Assembly (NCBI GenBank): GCA_031411295.1
Contig: JANOAV010000190.1
Span: 1 to 43,192, forward strand
DNA length: 43,192 nt
Direction of reading: 5' to 3'
DNA from: Verrucomicrobiales bacterium
GTDB lineage: Bacteria; Verrucomicrobiota; Verrucomicrobiia; Verrucomicrobiales; V1-33
Shown: positions 17,053 to 26,469 of the stretch, piece after piece
Numbering within the stretch: the stretch's first letter is position 1
Layout: every line of letters begins with the position of its first letter
Made by a program: the position numbers and the translations under genes
Notes under the pieces: generated by a model
Database searches by the model: none
Seen by the model: only the letters and a program-made list of their open reading frames with translations
Told to the model about the DNA's origin: nothing

Positions 17053-18000
17053 ATGGAGGAAACAGGAACAACCAAACGACATGCCCAAGCAGTATTCTGG
17101 CTCATAGCCGCCACGGCGGTGTGGGGGCTTAGTTTCCCGATCATTAAGCTGCTGCATCTGCGGCACTCTGCGCTGCAGGATACCCGCGTGCTCTCTTGTT
17201 GGACTTTGGTGGCCCGCTGCTGGCTCAGCGCCTTGGTGCTGGCCGCTTGGAATCCCCGCATGCTGCGTGGCATCACCCGCAACGAATGGTTGCAATCGCT
17301 GGGCTTGGTGGGCTTTGGCGGGCTGGGGCTGTTGTTTCAAGCCGATGGTCTGGCCAGCACGGAAGCCTCCACCAGTGCTTTCCTAACTCAGTTCTACTGT
17401 GTGCTCCTGCCCCTCTGGACCTGCCTGCGGCTGCGGAGTTGGCCGTCCCGCAAGATTATTATTTGCACGCTGCTGGTGCTCGTGGGCATGGCGATTCTTT
17501 CCAAACTCACTTGGGAGAACCTCCATCTGGGCGTGGGAGAGTGGAAAACCATCGTGGCGGCGTGCTTCTTCACGGGGCAGATCTTGCTGTTGGAGCAACC
17601 ACGGCATGCAGAGAATCGGGGCGCAACCATTACCATCCTCTCCATGTTGGGAACGGGCGTGGTGGGACTGGGCTTTGCAGTTCCGATGACCCACAATTGG
17701 TCCCACATGCTCACCCTCTGGACCGCCGGCCCGGATCTCACCCTGCTGCTTATTCTGACCTTGGGATGCACGCTGTTTTCCTACCTCATGATGAACCAAT
17801 GGCAGAAGCACGTGACCGCCACCGAGGCCGGGCTGATCTACTGCATGGAGCCTGTTTTCACCGCCATTTACGTGCTCTTCCTGCCGGGCCTGCTGGGAAT
17901 CTTTGCGGGGGTAAACTATGAGAACGAATCCATCACCACCGCTCTGTTAGTGGGTGGAGGCCTGGTCACCCTGGCGAACTTATTGCTCCAGAGAAGGTGA
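17053..18000 (+). CDS. EamA/DMT family transporter
   Basis: VWGLSFP, ~10 TM helices and a C-terminal AGLIYCMEPVF; start uncertain (17029 or 17053). Confidence 0.88.
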   Translation: MEETGTTKRHAQAVFWLIAATAVWGLSFPIIKLLHLRHSALQDTRVLSCWTLVARCWLSALVLAAWNPRMLRGITRNEWLQSLGLVGFGGLGLLFQADGLASTEASTSAFLTQFYCVLLPLWTCLRLRSWPSRKIIICTLLVLVGMAILSKLTWENLHLGVGEWKTIVAACFFTGQILLLEQPRHAENRGATITILSMLGTGVVGLGFAVPMTHNWSHMLTLWTAGPDLTLLLILTLGCTLFSYLMMNQWQKHVTATEAGLIYCMEPVFTAIYVLFLPGLLGIFAGVNYENESITTALLVGGGLVTLANLLLQRR

Positions 18001-18007
18001 CCCCGAA

Positions 18008-18120
18008 GGTGGGAGCAGTCCGCTGGACTGCTGTCGCCCGCCGTCGCGACATTGGAATGTCACGCCACGTGGCTCGGCATTCCAATGCCGAGGGGCAGCA
18101 GTCCAGCGGACTGCTACCAC
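18008..18120. repeat. Nested REP doublet between convergent genes
   Basis: GGTGGGAGCAGTCCGCTGGACTGCTG / CAGCAGTCCAGCGGACTGCTACCAC enclosing GACATTGGAATGTC / GGCATTCCAATGCC. Confidence 0.8.
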
Positions 18121-18126
18121 ACTCCT

Positions 18127-18876
18127 TTAATTCAGCCCCAAGTCCCGCGCGAAGATCGGCGGTGGCCTCGGTGTGCCTTCCGGCAGCGGATCGGAGAAAT
18201 GCCACCACTCACTATCCAGAATCTCGAAGCCCGCACTCTTCATGGCCCATTCCAGAAGGTTCAGATGCTTGGCCACCGCTGGGTCTCCGCCCTTGTAGGC
18301 GCACCACGCCTGGGGTGTAAAATCATCAAACTCGCTGGGCATCGCTAACTCCTTGCCATCCTTGTCCACCAGCGTCACATCCACGGCCCGACCGTAACAG
18401 TGCCAACTCCAACGTCCCTCGTAGCCGGGCTCATGAACGTAACCGCCGTCCTTGAATCGATTCCACAATAAGAGGTGGCTTTCCGGTGGCCGATAGGCGT
18501 CCCAGATCTTCAACTGATAGCCGCGGTTCGTGAGCAACTTCTGCGCCCGCTTTAGTTTGGCCGCCGTGGTCTCGTGGATCAAACAAGGCAGATCCGCCGG
18601 GTAAAAGGACGCCCCCATTACATTGCGGCTCGAACGATAGCGTTGATCAATATGAATCCCCGGCACCGCCGAAGCCGCGTCCACCAGTTGAAACGTTTTC
18701 GCCCTGGCAATGACCGTTTCCTCCGCGCTCGTAAACGAAATCCCCGGAGCAGGCTGGATCCGGGCACAGGCCCCGACCAAAGCCAGTGTTAGCACCACGA
18801 GGCTGGCGATGCGGGGAAATCGGGAAATGGATGTGCTCACGAAATATTTTAAGGAAAGAGATCTTTTTAATGTCAT
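18127..18876 (-). CDS. ddpX: D-alanyl-D-alanine dipeptidase (M15D, VanX/DdpX family), probable lipoprotein
   Basis: DAYRP, SWHCYGRAVD (SxHxxGxAxD) and EWWHF; lipobox LVGAC. Confidence 0.88.
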   Translation of the reverse strand: MTLKRSLSLKYFVSTSISRFPRIASLVVLTLALVGACARIQPAPGISFTSAEETVIARAKTFQLVDAASAVPGIHIDQRYRSSRNVMGASFYPADLPCLIHETTAAKLKRAQKLLTNRGYQLKIWDAYRPPESHLLLWNRFKDGGYVHEPGYEGRWSWHCYGRAVDVTLVDKDGKELAMPSEFDDFTPQAWCAYKGGDPAVAKHLNLLEWAMKSAGFEILDSEWWHFSDPLPEGTPRPPPIFARDLGLN

Positions 18877-18918
18877 CCCGGACCGGATGGTGGCAGATTA
18901 CGGCTTCTTTATCGACCT

Positions 18919-20067
18919 ATGTTACCCCATCTCTCAGTTTCGCAATCCTATACTATCCTCGCTTTTGCGTTCGCCATCGGAGCCTGCATCGGCTCCTTTT
19001 TGAACGTGGTGATTTATCGGCTGCCGCTCGGCATCTCCGTGAATAACCCTAAGCGATCCTTCTGCCCGCTGTGCAAATATCAGATCCCCCTGTGGTATAA
19101 TTTACCACTCATCGGCTGGTTAGTCCTGCGGGGGAAATGTGGCAACTGCAAGGCCCCGATCTCCGCACGGTATCCCTTGGTCGAACTGTTGACTGGCCTG
19201 TTGTTCGTGGCGGTTACGCTTCACTGCTTCATTGTCGCAGGGAATCCCTACCTCGTTATCCCTTACTGGATTTTGCTCAGCCTCTTCGTAGCGGGCACCT
19301 ACATCGATCTGGACCATTACATCCTGCCAGATGAAATTACCCTGGGCGGGGCAGCCGCTGGCTTAATTTGCAGCGGAGTGGTGCCTGAATTTCTCGGCTA
19401 TGAAACGTGGTGGCAAAATCTTGCAGCCTCCGCCGCCGGAGCCGCGTTAGGCTACATTGCGCTCTGGTTGGTCGTCGAATTGGGGAAAAAGCTCTTCGGC
19501 AAACGCACCATGAAATTTGATCCAGCCCTGGACTGGAGTATTGGCCAAGCAGAAGGCGCGGAGGAACCCAGCTTCACCCTGGATGGTGATGCCTCACTCT
19601 GGACCGATCTCTTTACCCGCCCTAAGGATGCGTTAATTATTTCCTGCCCGCGGGCGGAAATTGATGGCGTAGCCCACGAAAATGTCACCCTAACCATCAA
19701 AGCCGAAGGCGTCTCCATCCAACCCGCCAACCCCGCCTCTGCCCCCACCGAGCTGAACCTCGAACAAGTCCAGCACATGAAAGGCCAGTGCCACACCGTC
19801 GTCATCCCACGCGAGGCCATGGGCTTGGGCGATGTCAAATTCATGGCCCTCGTCGGTGCCTTCCTTGGCTGGCAGGGGGTGCTCTTTACGGTCTTTGCCG
19901 GGAGCATCATCGGCTCCCTCATCGCCCTCAGCCTCATCATCCTCCGCCGACGTGAGTGGGCCCAACGTATCCCCTTCGGACCCTATCTGGCCCTGGGTGC
20001 CACTGTGTTCCTGTTCTTCGGACCGCAGCTCATCGAATGGTATTTCCACTTCGCTAGATCGGAATAA
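18919..20067 (+). CDS. pilD: Prepilin peptidase / N-methyltransferase (A24A)
   Basis: GSFLNVVIYRLP, CPLC...CGNC Zn motif, IDLDHYILPD, MGLGDVK and IPFGPYL. Confidence 0.93.
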   Translation: MLPHLSVSQSYTILAFAFAIGACIGSFLNVVIYRLPLGISVNNPKRSFCPLCKYQIPLWYNLPLIGWLVLRGKCGNCKAPISARYPLVELLTGLLFVAVTLHCFIVAGNPYLVIPYWILLSLFVAGTYIDLDHYILPDEITLGGAAAGLICSGVVPEFLGYETWWQNLAASAAGAALGYIALWLVVELGKKLFGKRTMKFDPALDWSIGQAEGAEEPSFTLDGDASLWTDLFTRPKDALIISCPRAEIDGVAHENVTLTIKAEGVSIQPANPASAPTELNLEQVQHMKGQCHTVVIPREAMGLGDVKFMALVGAFLGWQGVLFTVFAGSIIGSLIALSLIILRRREWAQRIPFGPYLALGATVFLFFGPQLIEWYFHFARSE

Positions 20068-20160
20068 GACCACCGAGGATCAGGTCAAATGTTGACCAGT
20101 CCGCTGGACGGCTCAACTCTTTCCAGATCAGTCCAGGGGGCTGATCCGCATTGTTTGAAG

Positions 20161-21984
20161 TCAGGAACCAAACTTACCCAGCAAATACCCGGCCAGCGCC
20201 TGATTGAGCGCGAGGCGGGAGGCATCACTGGAGAAGATGTGATCCGCATCTGGAATCGTGAAGCATTGCAACTGCCCTGCGCGCATCATTTGCTTGGCCT
20301 TGCGCCCCGCTTGATTCATCAGGAGAAAATGCCCCGGATCGCTCTCGGCGGTGAACAGGGCGAGTTTGCGATTTGCTTCTGCCAAGCGAGTGAGATCACC
20401 GATGAGGTCCGGTTGCGCAGGATGCCCATACTCGGTTGCTCGTCGGACGGGTGTGATCTGCTCCGTTGCCGCCTTTGGCTTTGGAAGCAGTTTGGTCAGG
20501 ATTTGTCGCGCTGCTCCCTTGATGCCAAGCGTGGTTTTACCGGAAAGGAGGCGTCGCCAACTGGCGAGATCGAACATTCGACTACGGTAAAAATGCCAGA
20601 CTCGCAGGTGTTGGGTCGGGGCGTCCGTAAGTGACATGCCGTCTTCCCAGAAAAATGTCAGGGGATTGAGCAGGATGCTTTCAATCAGCGAAGGATGAGG
20701 CAATTGAACTGCCGATTGAAAAGCCGTATAAGCTCCTGAGCAGAGGCCGACGAGCACAATGGGACGGGTTGGGTGGAGACCTTTGAGGTAATCGCAGACG
20801 AGGGAAACATCTCGAAACGCCGTGTCAGCATAAGCGTTGTTTTCGACCTGAGTAGCATCTGCCGCACTGTCGCCCACTCCACCAAGGTCCAGGCGCAGAC
20901 AGGGGAAACCTCGACTGGCGAGACTTCGGGTCAAATAAACGTGCAACTGTCCGGGCCCCACCCGGTGCGCTGATCCGGCATTCAGCAGGACGAGCCAAGG
21001 CTTACTGCTGTCATCCGTGATGGGCCGGGTAACGATGCCAAACAAGTCTGGGGTCTCGCTCAGTTGATGAATCGATTCCTGAACGCCCGGGCTGCAAGTA
21101 AAGGATCTGCGGAAGGTGGGGGCACCGGCCTCAGTCAGAGTCGGTGTGGCCTTGTTCTGCAGCCAACTCACGACATGCTCGAGCGTCTGCGCTGGGACGA
21201 CGGTCGCGTGAGGTTCAGCCATCATGGCTTCATACCCAGGCCACCAAGATTGCTCCACGGTGGCCCCAGACTGCGCCAGATGATTGCGCAGTGCATCGTC
21301 CTTGGGAGTCATCTCCGAATGCAGGATGAGTCCATGGCTGAATTGTGGCGTGGATCGCAGCAGATCGATTTGGGACAGCGCGGCTATCGTTTCCTCGGTA
21401 TACACCGCGGCTATGGCTTCGAGGCCGGGGAAACTTGAATTGGCGGTTACCTTCGAGGTCTGACTCAACGCTTTCAGTTCCCGCACATAGCGTCGTCCGG
21501 AAACGAGGGGAGCCCAGAGCACAAGGTTTTCGACGGCGTGCTCTTGCGAATAAAGCGCGGCTAGGGTGGCCCCGAAACGCAGCCCTATGAGGCTGATGTT
21601 CCCGCAGCCACCAGCTTGGCGCAACCATGCCACGGCATCGCGCACGTTGGTTAGCCAAGTGGGGATGCGCTGCGGATCGTGATCACATCCAGCGGAGTCT
21701 CCGGTGCCATGATAGTCTAATCGCAGCACGGTAAACCCTGCGGCGGCCAGTTGATTTGCCAGATGTCGCAGCGTGCGATGAGAGTGCACCATCTCATGGC
21801 CGAGGGGCGGACAAAGCAATACGCCGTGGTTCAGGCACGGGCCCGTGGGTTGATGCAGCCAATTAAAGAACGATGCTCCCTGGCTCTCCAAATAAAAGGC
21901 CGTGCGCGCCACGTCACCATCACTCGGCAGCACAGCGGAGGCGGTGGCCAGTGGGGATGGAGTCATGGATTCGGTAGCGGTCAT
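20161..21984 (-). CDS. Tandem alpha/beta-hydrolase (two fused domains, resembling exosortase-associated hydrolase 2 plus hydrolase 1)
   Basis: Two RLDY/LxGxGDS motifs; nucleophile-elbow motifs GLRFG and GLCSG; C-terminal DADHIF. Confidence 0.8.
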   Translation of the reverse strand: MTATESMTPSPLATASAVLPSDGDVARTAFYLESQGASFFNWLHQPTGPCLNHGVLLCPPLGHEMVHSHRTLRHLANQLAAAGFTVLRLDYHGTGDSAGCDHDPQRIPTWLTNVRDAVAWLRQAGGCGNISLIGLRFGATLAALYSQEHAVENLVLWAPLVSGRRYVRELKALSQTSKVTANSSFPGLEAIAAVYTEETIAALSQIDLLRSTPQFSHGLILHSEMTPKDDALRNHLAQSGATVEQSWWPGYEAMMAEPHATVVPAQTLEHVVSWLQNKATPTLTEAGAPTFRRSFTCSPGVQESIHQLSETPDLFGIVTRPITDDSSKPWLVLLNAGSAHRVGPGQLHVYLTRSLASRGFPCLRLDLGGVGDSAADATQVENNAYADTAFRDVSLVCDYLKGLHPTRPIVLVGLCSGAYTAFQSAVQLPHPSLIESILLNPLTFFWEDGMSLTDAPTQHLRVWHFYRSRMFDLASWRRLLSGKTTLGIKGAARQILTKLLPKPKAATEQITPVRRATEYGHPAQPDLIGDLTRLAEANRKLALFTAESDPGHFLLMNQAGRKAKQMMRAGQLQCFTIPDADHIFSSDASRLALNQALAGYLLGKFGS

Positions 21985-21989
21985 CGGGT

Positions 21990-24566
21990 TTACGAAGCGG
22001 ATGCCTTGGCTGCCACGGAGATTTCTCCCATGAGGTTCAAGGCTGCGATGGAAGCTCTGAATGAGGTCCCATGGCCCCCAAGGGGTGCGAAGGTGATGGA
22101 CTTCTGTCGCGCTGGTGCCAGTGGGAAATAATTATCATCCGGGAGGAAACCTGGAGCTGACAATTGCACGCCATGCAGTAATCGATCGCTTGTTAAGGTG
22201 ACGAGGAATCGGCCCTCGCCCAGCGGAGACGATTGGCTGACAAGGGAATCTGCGGCGTTGTCCTGCGGCTCAGGATCTCGCGCACGATTCAAATGCACCG
22301 ACTGACTGATGACGTTGTGCGCGGAGTCGAACCAAGTGGCGATGACCACATGATGCACTTGCGGGCCGAAACGATAGGCGTAATTTATATCATGGAAGGT
22401 GCCGATGATTTCATCCATGCTGCGCGTTAGGATGGCACGTTGACTAACGTGAGCAGGAAGTTCATGCGTTGCCACCACCAAGCTGGGTTCGCGCAGGAGT
22501 TGGAGTTCCAAAAAGCCCTCGATCGGGGCGTTGGTCTCATTTATCAAATGCACGTGGAGCCCATCAAGACCTTCATCGGTGATGGTTAACTGACGAGTCT
22601 GCCAACTGCGTTTCAATTGATAGTAGGCCGCTTTGGGTCTGCCGTGATGATCCACGATGCCCCATCCCGTAGCCGCCCAGAGATCTTTGAAGAACCACAC
22701 CAGTGCCCCTGCGTTGTTACTGTAACTACTGCGCCATTCGGCAAACGTGCGCGCCATCATTTCACCGGAAGTGACGCGGCTAAGTTCTAAATAACGCGGC
22801 ATATCGAAGGATCGGATTTTGGCGGGATCCACGTTGAATAACTCCTGCAGATAGTGATCCCGCACATCCTCGAAATCCCACGCGGAGCCAGTGTCGCGCG
22901 GCACGCGTTGTTTCCAGCGGGGATGGTGAACCACGGGCATGAGGCCGACCATGAATTCGTCGATGATTTCCGGCTCGGGAATGTTAGCGAATCCCAGGCA
23001 TTCGGAGGTGAATTTCACATCCGCCTGGCGCAGTTCGCGCAGTGAACGGAGGTAAGCGCCAATGCCGTAATAATGGGTAACGCCGGTGCGCGTGTGAAAC
23101 GGCAACACGCCGCCGCTGGGGGAGGAGGGAACGTAGATGGTGCCGGGGTGACGCTCCTGACAGAGGGCCGGCAGCGTTTCGCCAAACCAATCGTTGCGCC
23201 ACAACTCACGCGGCATTCCGAGCATGGCTGCTTGTTGCTCGATCTCGCTGTTGCCGCAGTAAACGGCCACACAAGCATGTTGCGCCAGACGATCCAATTG
23301 CTGCACGGCTTCGAGCCGGATATTCTCTGAGAAAGCAGCATCTCCGACCGGGTAGTCCATGTTCGCAAACATGAAGTCCTGCCACACCAGAATGCCAAGT
23401 TCATCACAGAGACGATAGAAGGCATCACTCTCGTAAATCATGGTTCCACCGATGCGCAGCATGTTCATGCCAGCATCGCGCGCCAGGGTTAGATCCCGCC
23501 GCAAATCAGCCTCGGTGGCTGTGAGCGTGAAGATGTCGCTGGCCGTCCAACAAGCGCCACGACAATAAATGGGCTCCCCGTTCACTCGCACGGCAAAGCT
23601 GGAATGAGCATCCAGCGAGATCTCCCGGAAGCCGATGCGCTCCTGCGGAAACGTTTGCGAGCCTTGTGGCGTCTCGATCACAATGCGGCAATCATACAGG
23701 TGCGGCGTGCCATGGGTATGCGGCCACCAGCGCTCCGGGCTTGAGACTCGCAGCTCACCATGCAACTCGCCGTTGGTAAAAGTTAGCGATGCCGCATGTG
23801 AGCCAACGTGCATCCGCGCAGCGGAAATTTCCACGGAGGCAAGGACATCCGCGTGAAAGGATACGATGAAGTCCGTGGAGGGCGACGTTAGGAGACCAGC
23901 ATCAGGCTGCGCGGGATTGCTGTGGCGGGATGCAGGTCCCGTCACCTTGCCATCCACGGAGATGATCGAGCGGCAGCGGACATTCTCCAGCAAGACTGGG
24001 GCCAGCTCCAGTCGGATGTCCCGCCATGGGCCGACCGCTGGCACCGGTGGCGTCCAGCCAGGGATGCGGCCCAGCAGGCTGGTGCGCTGCCACCGGAGTT
24101 GCTGATGGTTGACCAAATTGGTCTTCCAGCGGGGACGTGGTCGCTTCTGCTTTTGATCGGCCGTTAGTGCACGGAAGACGATCTGGAGTTCGTTTTCAGG
24201 CAGCAGAGTTTTACTAACATCCACCCGGTAACGACGGAACATGTTGTTGCTCGTTAGGATGAGCGCTCCGTTCAAGTAAACTTCCGCCAGCGTGGCCAGG
24301 CCGTCGAAGCAGAGGGACGCAGCTTCGGTTGAATTGACGATGACAGGAAAATTTGTGCGATACCACCAATCCTGGCCATCAAGATCTGCCGGGTGCTGGT
24401 GATCCCATTGGCCGAGCGCCTGCAAGGCGGAGGCTACCGTGCCGGGAACCTGGGCGGGCATCCAAGAGGAGCAGGGGCGGCTCGCCCCTGCTGAATCGAG
24501 GTCGGGGCGAGCCGCCCCGACTCCCTTGCTGGTGCATTCCCAGCCGGTTGGCAACTCTTGTTTCAC
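21990..24566 (-). CDS. Glycoside hydrolase family 2, beta-mannosidase-like
   Basis: VPGTV, FDGLAT, WWPHTHG.P.LY, IGFR, NMLRIGG, CDELGILVWQDFMFA, GNSE (acid/base) and TSE (nucleophile). Confidence 0.9.
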   Translation of the reverse strand: MKQELPTGWECTSKGVGAARPDLDSAGASRPCSSWMPAQVPGTVASALQALGQWDHQHPADLDGQDWWYRTNFPVIVNSTEAASLCFDGLATLAEVYLNGALILTSNNMFRRYRVDVSKTLLPENELQIVFRALTADQKQKRPRPRWKTNLVNHQQLRWQRTSLLGRIPGWTPPVPAVGPWRDIRLELAPVLLENVRCRSIISVDGKVTGPASRHSNPAQPDAGLLTSPSTDFIVSFHADVLASVEISAARMHVGSHAASLTFTNGELHGELRVSSPERWWPHTHGTPHLYDCRIVIETPQGSQTFPQERIGFREISLDAHSSFAVRVNGEPIYCRGACWTASDIFTLTATEADLRRDLTLARDAGMNMLRIGGTMIYESDAFYRLCDELGILVWQDFMFANMDYPVGDAAFSENIRLEAVQQLDRLAQHACVAVYCGNSEIEQQAAMLGMPRELWRNDWFGETLPALCQERHPGTIYVPSSPSGGVLPFHTRTGVTHYYGIGAYLRSLRELRQADVKFTSECLGFANIPEPEIIDEFMVGLMPVVHHPRWKQRVPRDTGSAWDFEDVRDHYLQELFNVDPAKIRSFDMPRYLELSRVTSGEMMARTFAEWRSSYSNNAGALVWFFKDLWAATGWGIVDHHGRPKAAYYQLKRSWQTRQLTITDEGLDGLHVHLINETNAPIEGFLELQLLREPSLVVATHELPAHVSQRAILTRSMDEIIGTFHDINYAYRFGPQVHHVVIATWFDSAHNVISQSVHLNRARDPEPQDNAADSLVSQSSPLGEGRFLVTLTSDRLLHGVQLSAPGFLPDDNYFPLAPARQKSITFAPLGGHGTSFRASIAALNLMGEISVAAKASAS
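23872..23960. repeat. Degenerate REP doublet inside the GH2 coding sequence
   Basis: TCCGTGGAGGGCGACGTTAGGAGACC / GGTCCCGTCACCTTGCCATCCACGGA, 26-bp arms with 6 mismatches. Confidence 0.65.
24468..24524. repeat. REP doublet inside the 5' end of the GH2 coding sequence
   Basis: GGAGCAGGGGCGGCTCGCCCCTGC and inverted GTCGGGGCGAGCCGCCCCGACTCC; each arm is itself a 9-bp hairpin. Confidence 0.7.
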
Positions 24567-25540
24567 GGATGGAATTTTTTGAGCAAATGATCCATCGTAG
24601 TTTGCCAGTGCGCGGCCATTTGGTCAATCGCGGTGAGATCGATTGGCTTCTTCCGGGCCATGGCTCGGGCGAGTTGGAACTGCATGGCCTTGGCACTGTT
24701 GGAGAGGGCGCGCAGCTCAGCAATAGGGGAATCCAAATCGGTGATCCCTTGATCCTGGAGCCACTTCAGATACTCCGCCGCCACTTCATAGCAAGATCCG
24801 AACTGCCGCAGCGTGGCGAAAGAGTATTGGTGAAATGTGGTCAGCGGCTCATTGGCCAGCCATTGGAAATCGGCCTCGAAGCGGGCGCGGAATTTCTCGA
24901 ATGGATTCGTGACCGGCAGGCGCTGCAGATGTTTGCGCAGCAGCAGCAGGGAAGCCTGCAGCAGTTCCGCGCCTTGCAGCGGTGGGGTGGGGAGTCGCTT
25001 TACCAGCTCACAATACGGAGACAGGATGGCGGGATTCTTTTCGCCACTCAGGTGGAAAATATTTACGAAATCATCACCCTCCAGATAGTAATAACCTTGC
25101 CCGTGGAAATAACCGAGACGTCGCTGCTCCACGTCGATCTCCATGACAGCGACCGTGGTCTTCACGTGTTCCAATTGATAGGCACTGCCAGCGGTGTCCG
25201 GCAAATAGAGGGAGTCCAACTCCACTAACACGGGACGACCCAGTGAGAGTTGTTCTTCCAAATGAGCCGTTAAGGGTCGCCAGACCGCCATTTCCTGAAC
25301 GTCGATGGCGTAGAGATCGAAGAGGTCCGCGAGCGGATATTTAAAGAACGTCCACTGGTCGCCCTCGAAATCAATGCCAAGGGCGAAGGGCAGTGCGGCC
25401 ACTGGCTCCAAACCCCAGGAATGCAGCAACTCAATCCAGACATCGACGTAGCAATTCGTCTCCGCCCAGTCTCGTTCCTGCTCGTGCAGGCGGTGCCGGG
25501 CGTAGCTTTTGGGATCGAGTGGCAGAAGTTGATGCCTCAT
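24563..25540 (-). CDS. DUF1839 family protein
   Basis: WAETNCYVDVWIE, DFEGDQWTFFK, LPDTAGSAY..EHVKT and YSFATLRQFG; usual neighbour of amino acid:CP ligases; ATGA overlap with the upstream gene. Confidence 0.8.
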   Translation of the reverse strand: MRHQLLPLDPKSYARHRLHEQERDWAETNCYVDVWIELLHSWGLEPVAALPFALGIDFEGDQWTFFKYPLADLFDLYAIDVQEMAVWRPLTAHLEEQLSLGRPVLVELDSLYLPDTAGSAYQLEHVKTTVAVMEIDVEQRRLGYFHGQGYYYLEGDDFVNIFHLSGEKNPAILSPYCELVKRLPTPPLQGAELLQASLLLLRKHLQRLPVTNPFEKFRARFEADFQWLANEPLTTFHQYSFATLRQFGSCYEVAAEYLKWLQDQGITDLDSPIAELRALSNSAKAMQFQLARAMARKKPIDLTAIDQMAAHWQTTMDHLLKKFHP

Positions 25541-26469
25541 AGCGCCAGCGCATTTTTGACCTCTTGCGGCCAACGATCTGGATCCAATCCGTGGTGTTTG
25601 AACAAGGCCAGAGTGACCCGCTCCAAGCCGAACCCGATGCACGCAGAGTGAGCCGTGGCCCCATCTTCCGTCTGGATATCAAACGTATTGCCAAAGTAAT
25701 CCATGTGGCAGTTGGTAGATCCGATGGCAGTTGGTTTCTCGTCCGATGCGACCGGAATAGTGAACTCGTGTTTCAAGTCCTGTTCCTTCTGCGAAGCCGC
25801 CATGACGCGACCTCCGCGGCCGAAGAACGGATCGTTCGCCAGCACGACTTCCACGTCCAGCCCAACTTCATTGAGAATCTCCTCACCCAGCGCCAGCCAT
25901 TGTTTGCGGTGCGCCAGCGCCTGATCCGGGGTGCCGATGCGCACGTATTCTCGCATGCGGAAAATCTGCATCCGGCAGGGATCGATGGAGGGTTCGTGGC
26001 GGAACACCGAAGACACTAATTTCACCGTGCGCCCCTCGCTGGAAACGGTGCCGGTGGCGGTGGGATACAATTGATAGCAACCCGCCGGGGTCAGCATTAA
26101 CTCACTGGGAGTCAGATCCTGCGTCCAATCCTCACCCTGTTCACGTTTTCCTAACATGGCAGCATGCTCGCGCTCGCGACCGACAAAACTGTGCACCGAG
26201 CCCATCAGATCCGGGAAATTTTCAATGTGACTCGTCTTGAGATAAACCTCGCGACTCAGCATCCCCGGGAAATACATCGTCTCGGAAGGGATGTGAGTGG
26301 AACGACGAATCGTGAAGCGATCAAACGATTGGAGGACATCCTCGAATGCTCCGGCAAAGCCAAACACGCCCTTCACGCCCTGCGGAATGAAGAGTCCGGC
26401 GGTGGTCAGTTCGTCGAGGTAAGCCTGATAGGCTTCGGCCAATGGTAGTGCGTTAGCGGTGCAGGTCAT
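25537..26469 (-). CDS. Amino acid:[carrier protein] ligase (class II aaRS / atypical SerRS homologue)
   Basis: PAGCY, motif 2 FRHEPS..R...FRMRE, ANDPFFGRGG and motif 3 SACIGFGLER; no tRNA-binding domain; adjacent ACP. Confidence 0.92.
   Translation of the reverse strand: MTCTANALPLAEAYQAYLDELTTAGLFIPQGVKGVFGFAGAFEDVLQSFDRFTIRRSTHIPSETMYFPGMLSREVYLKTSHIENFPDLMGSVHSFVGREREHAAMLGKREQGEDWTQDLTPSELMLTPAGCYQLYPTATGTVSSEGRTVKLVSSVFRHEPSIDPCRMQIFRMREYVRIGTPDQALAHRKQWLALGEEILNEVGLDVEVVLANDPFFGRGGRVMAASQKEQDLKHEFTIPVASDEKPTAIGSTNCHMDYFGNTFDIQTEDGATAHSACIGFGLERVTLALFKHHGLDPDRWPQEVKNALAL

Noticed and set aside
18127..18876. VanX as a vancomycin-resistance locus
   Set aside because: No vanH/vanA/vanRS; a lone lipoprotein-type dipeptidase fits cell-wall recycling.
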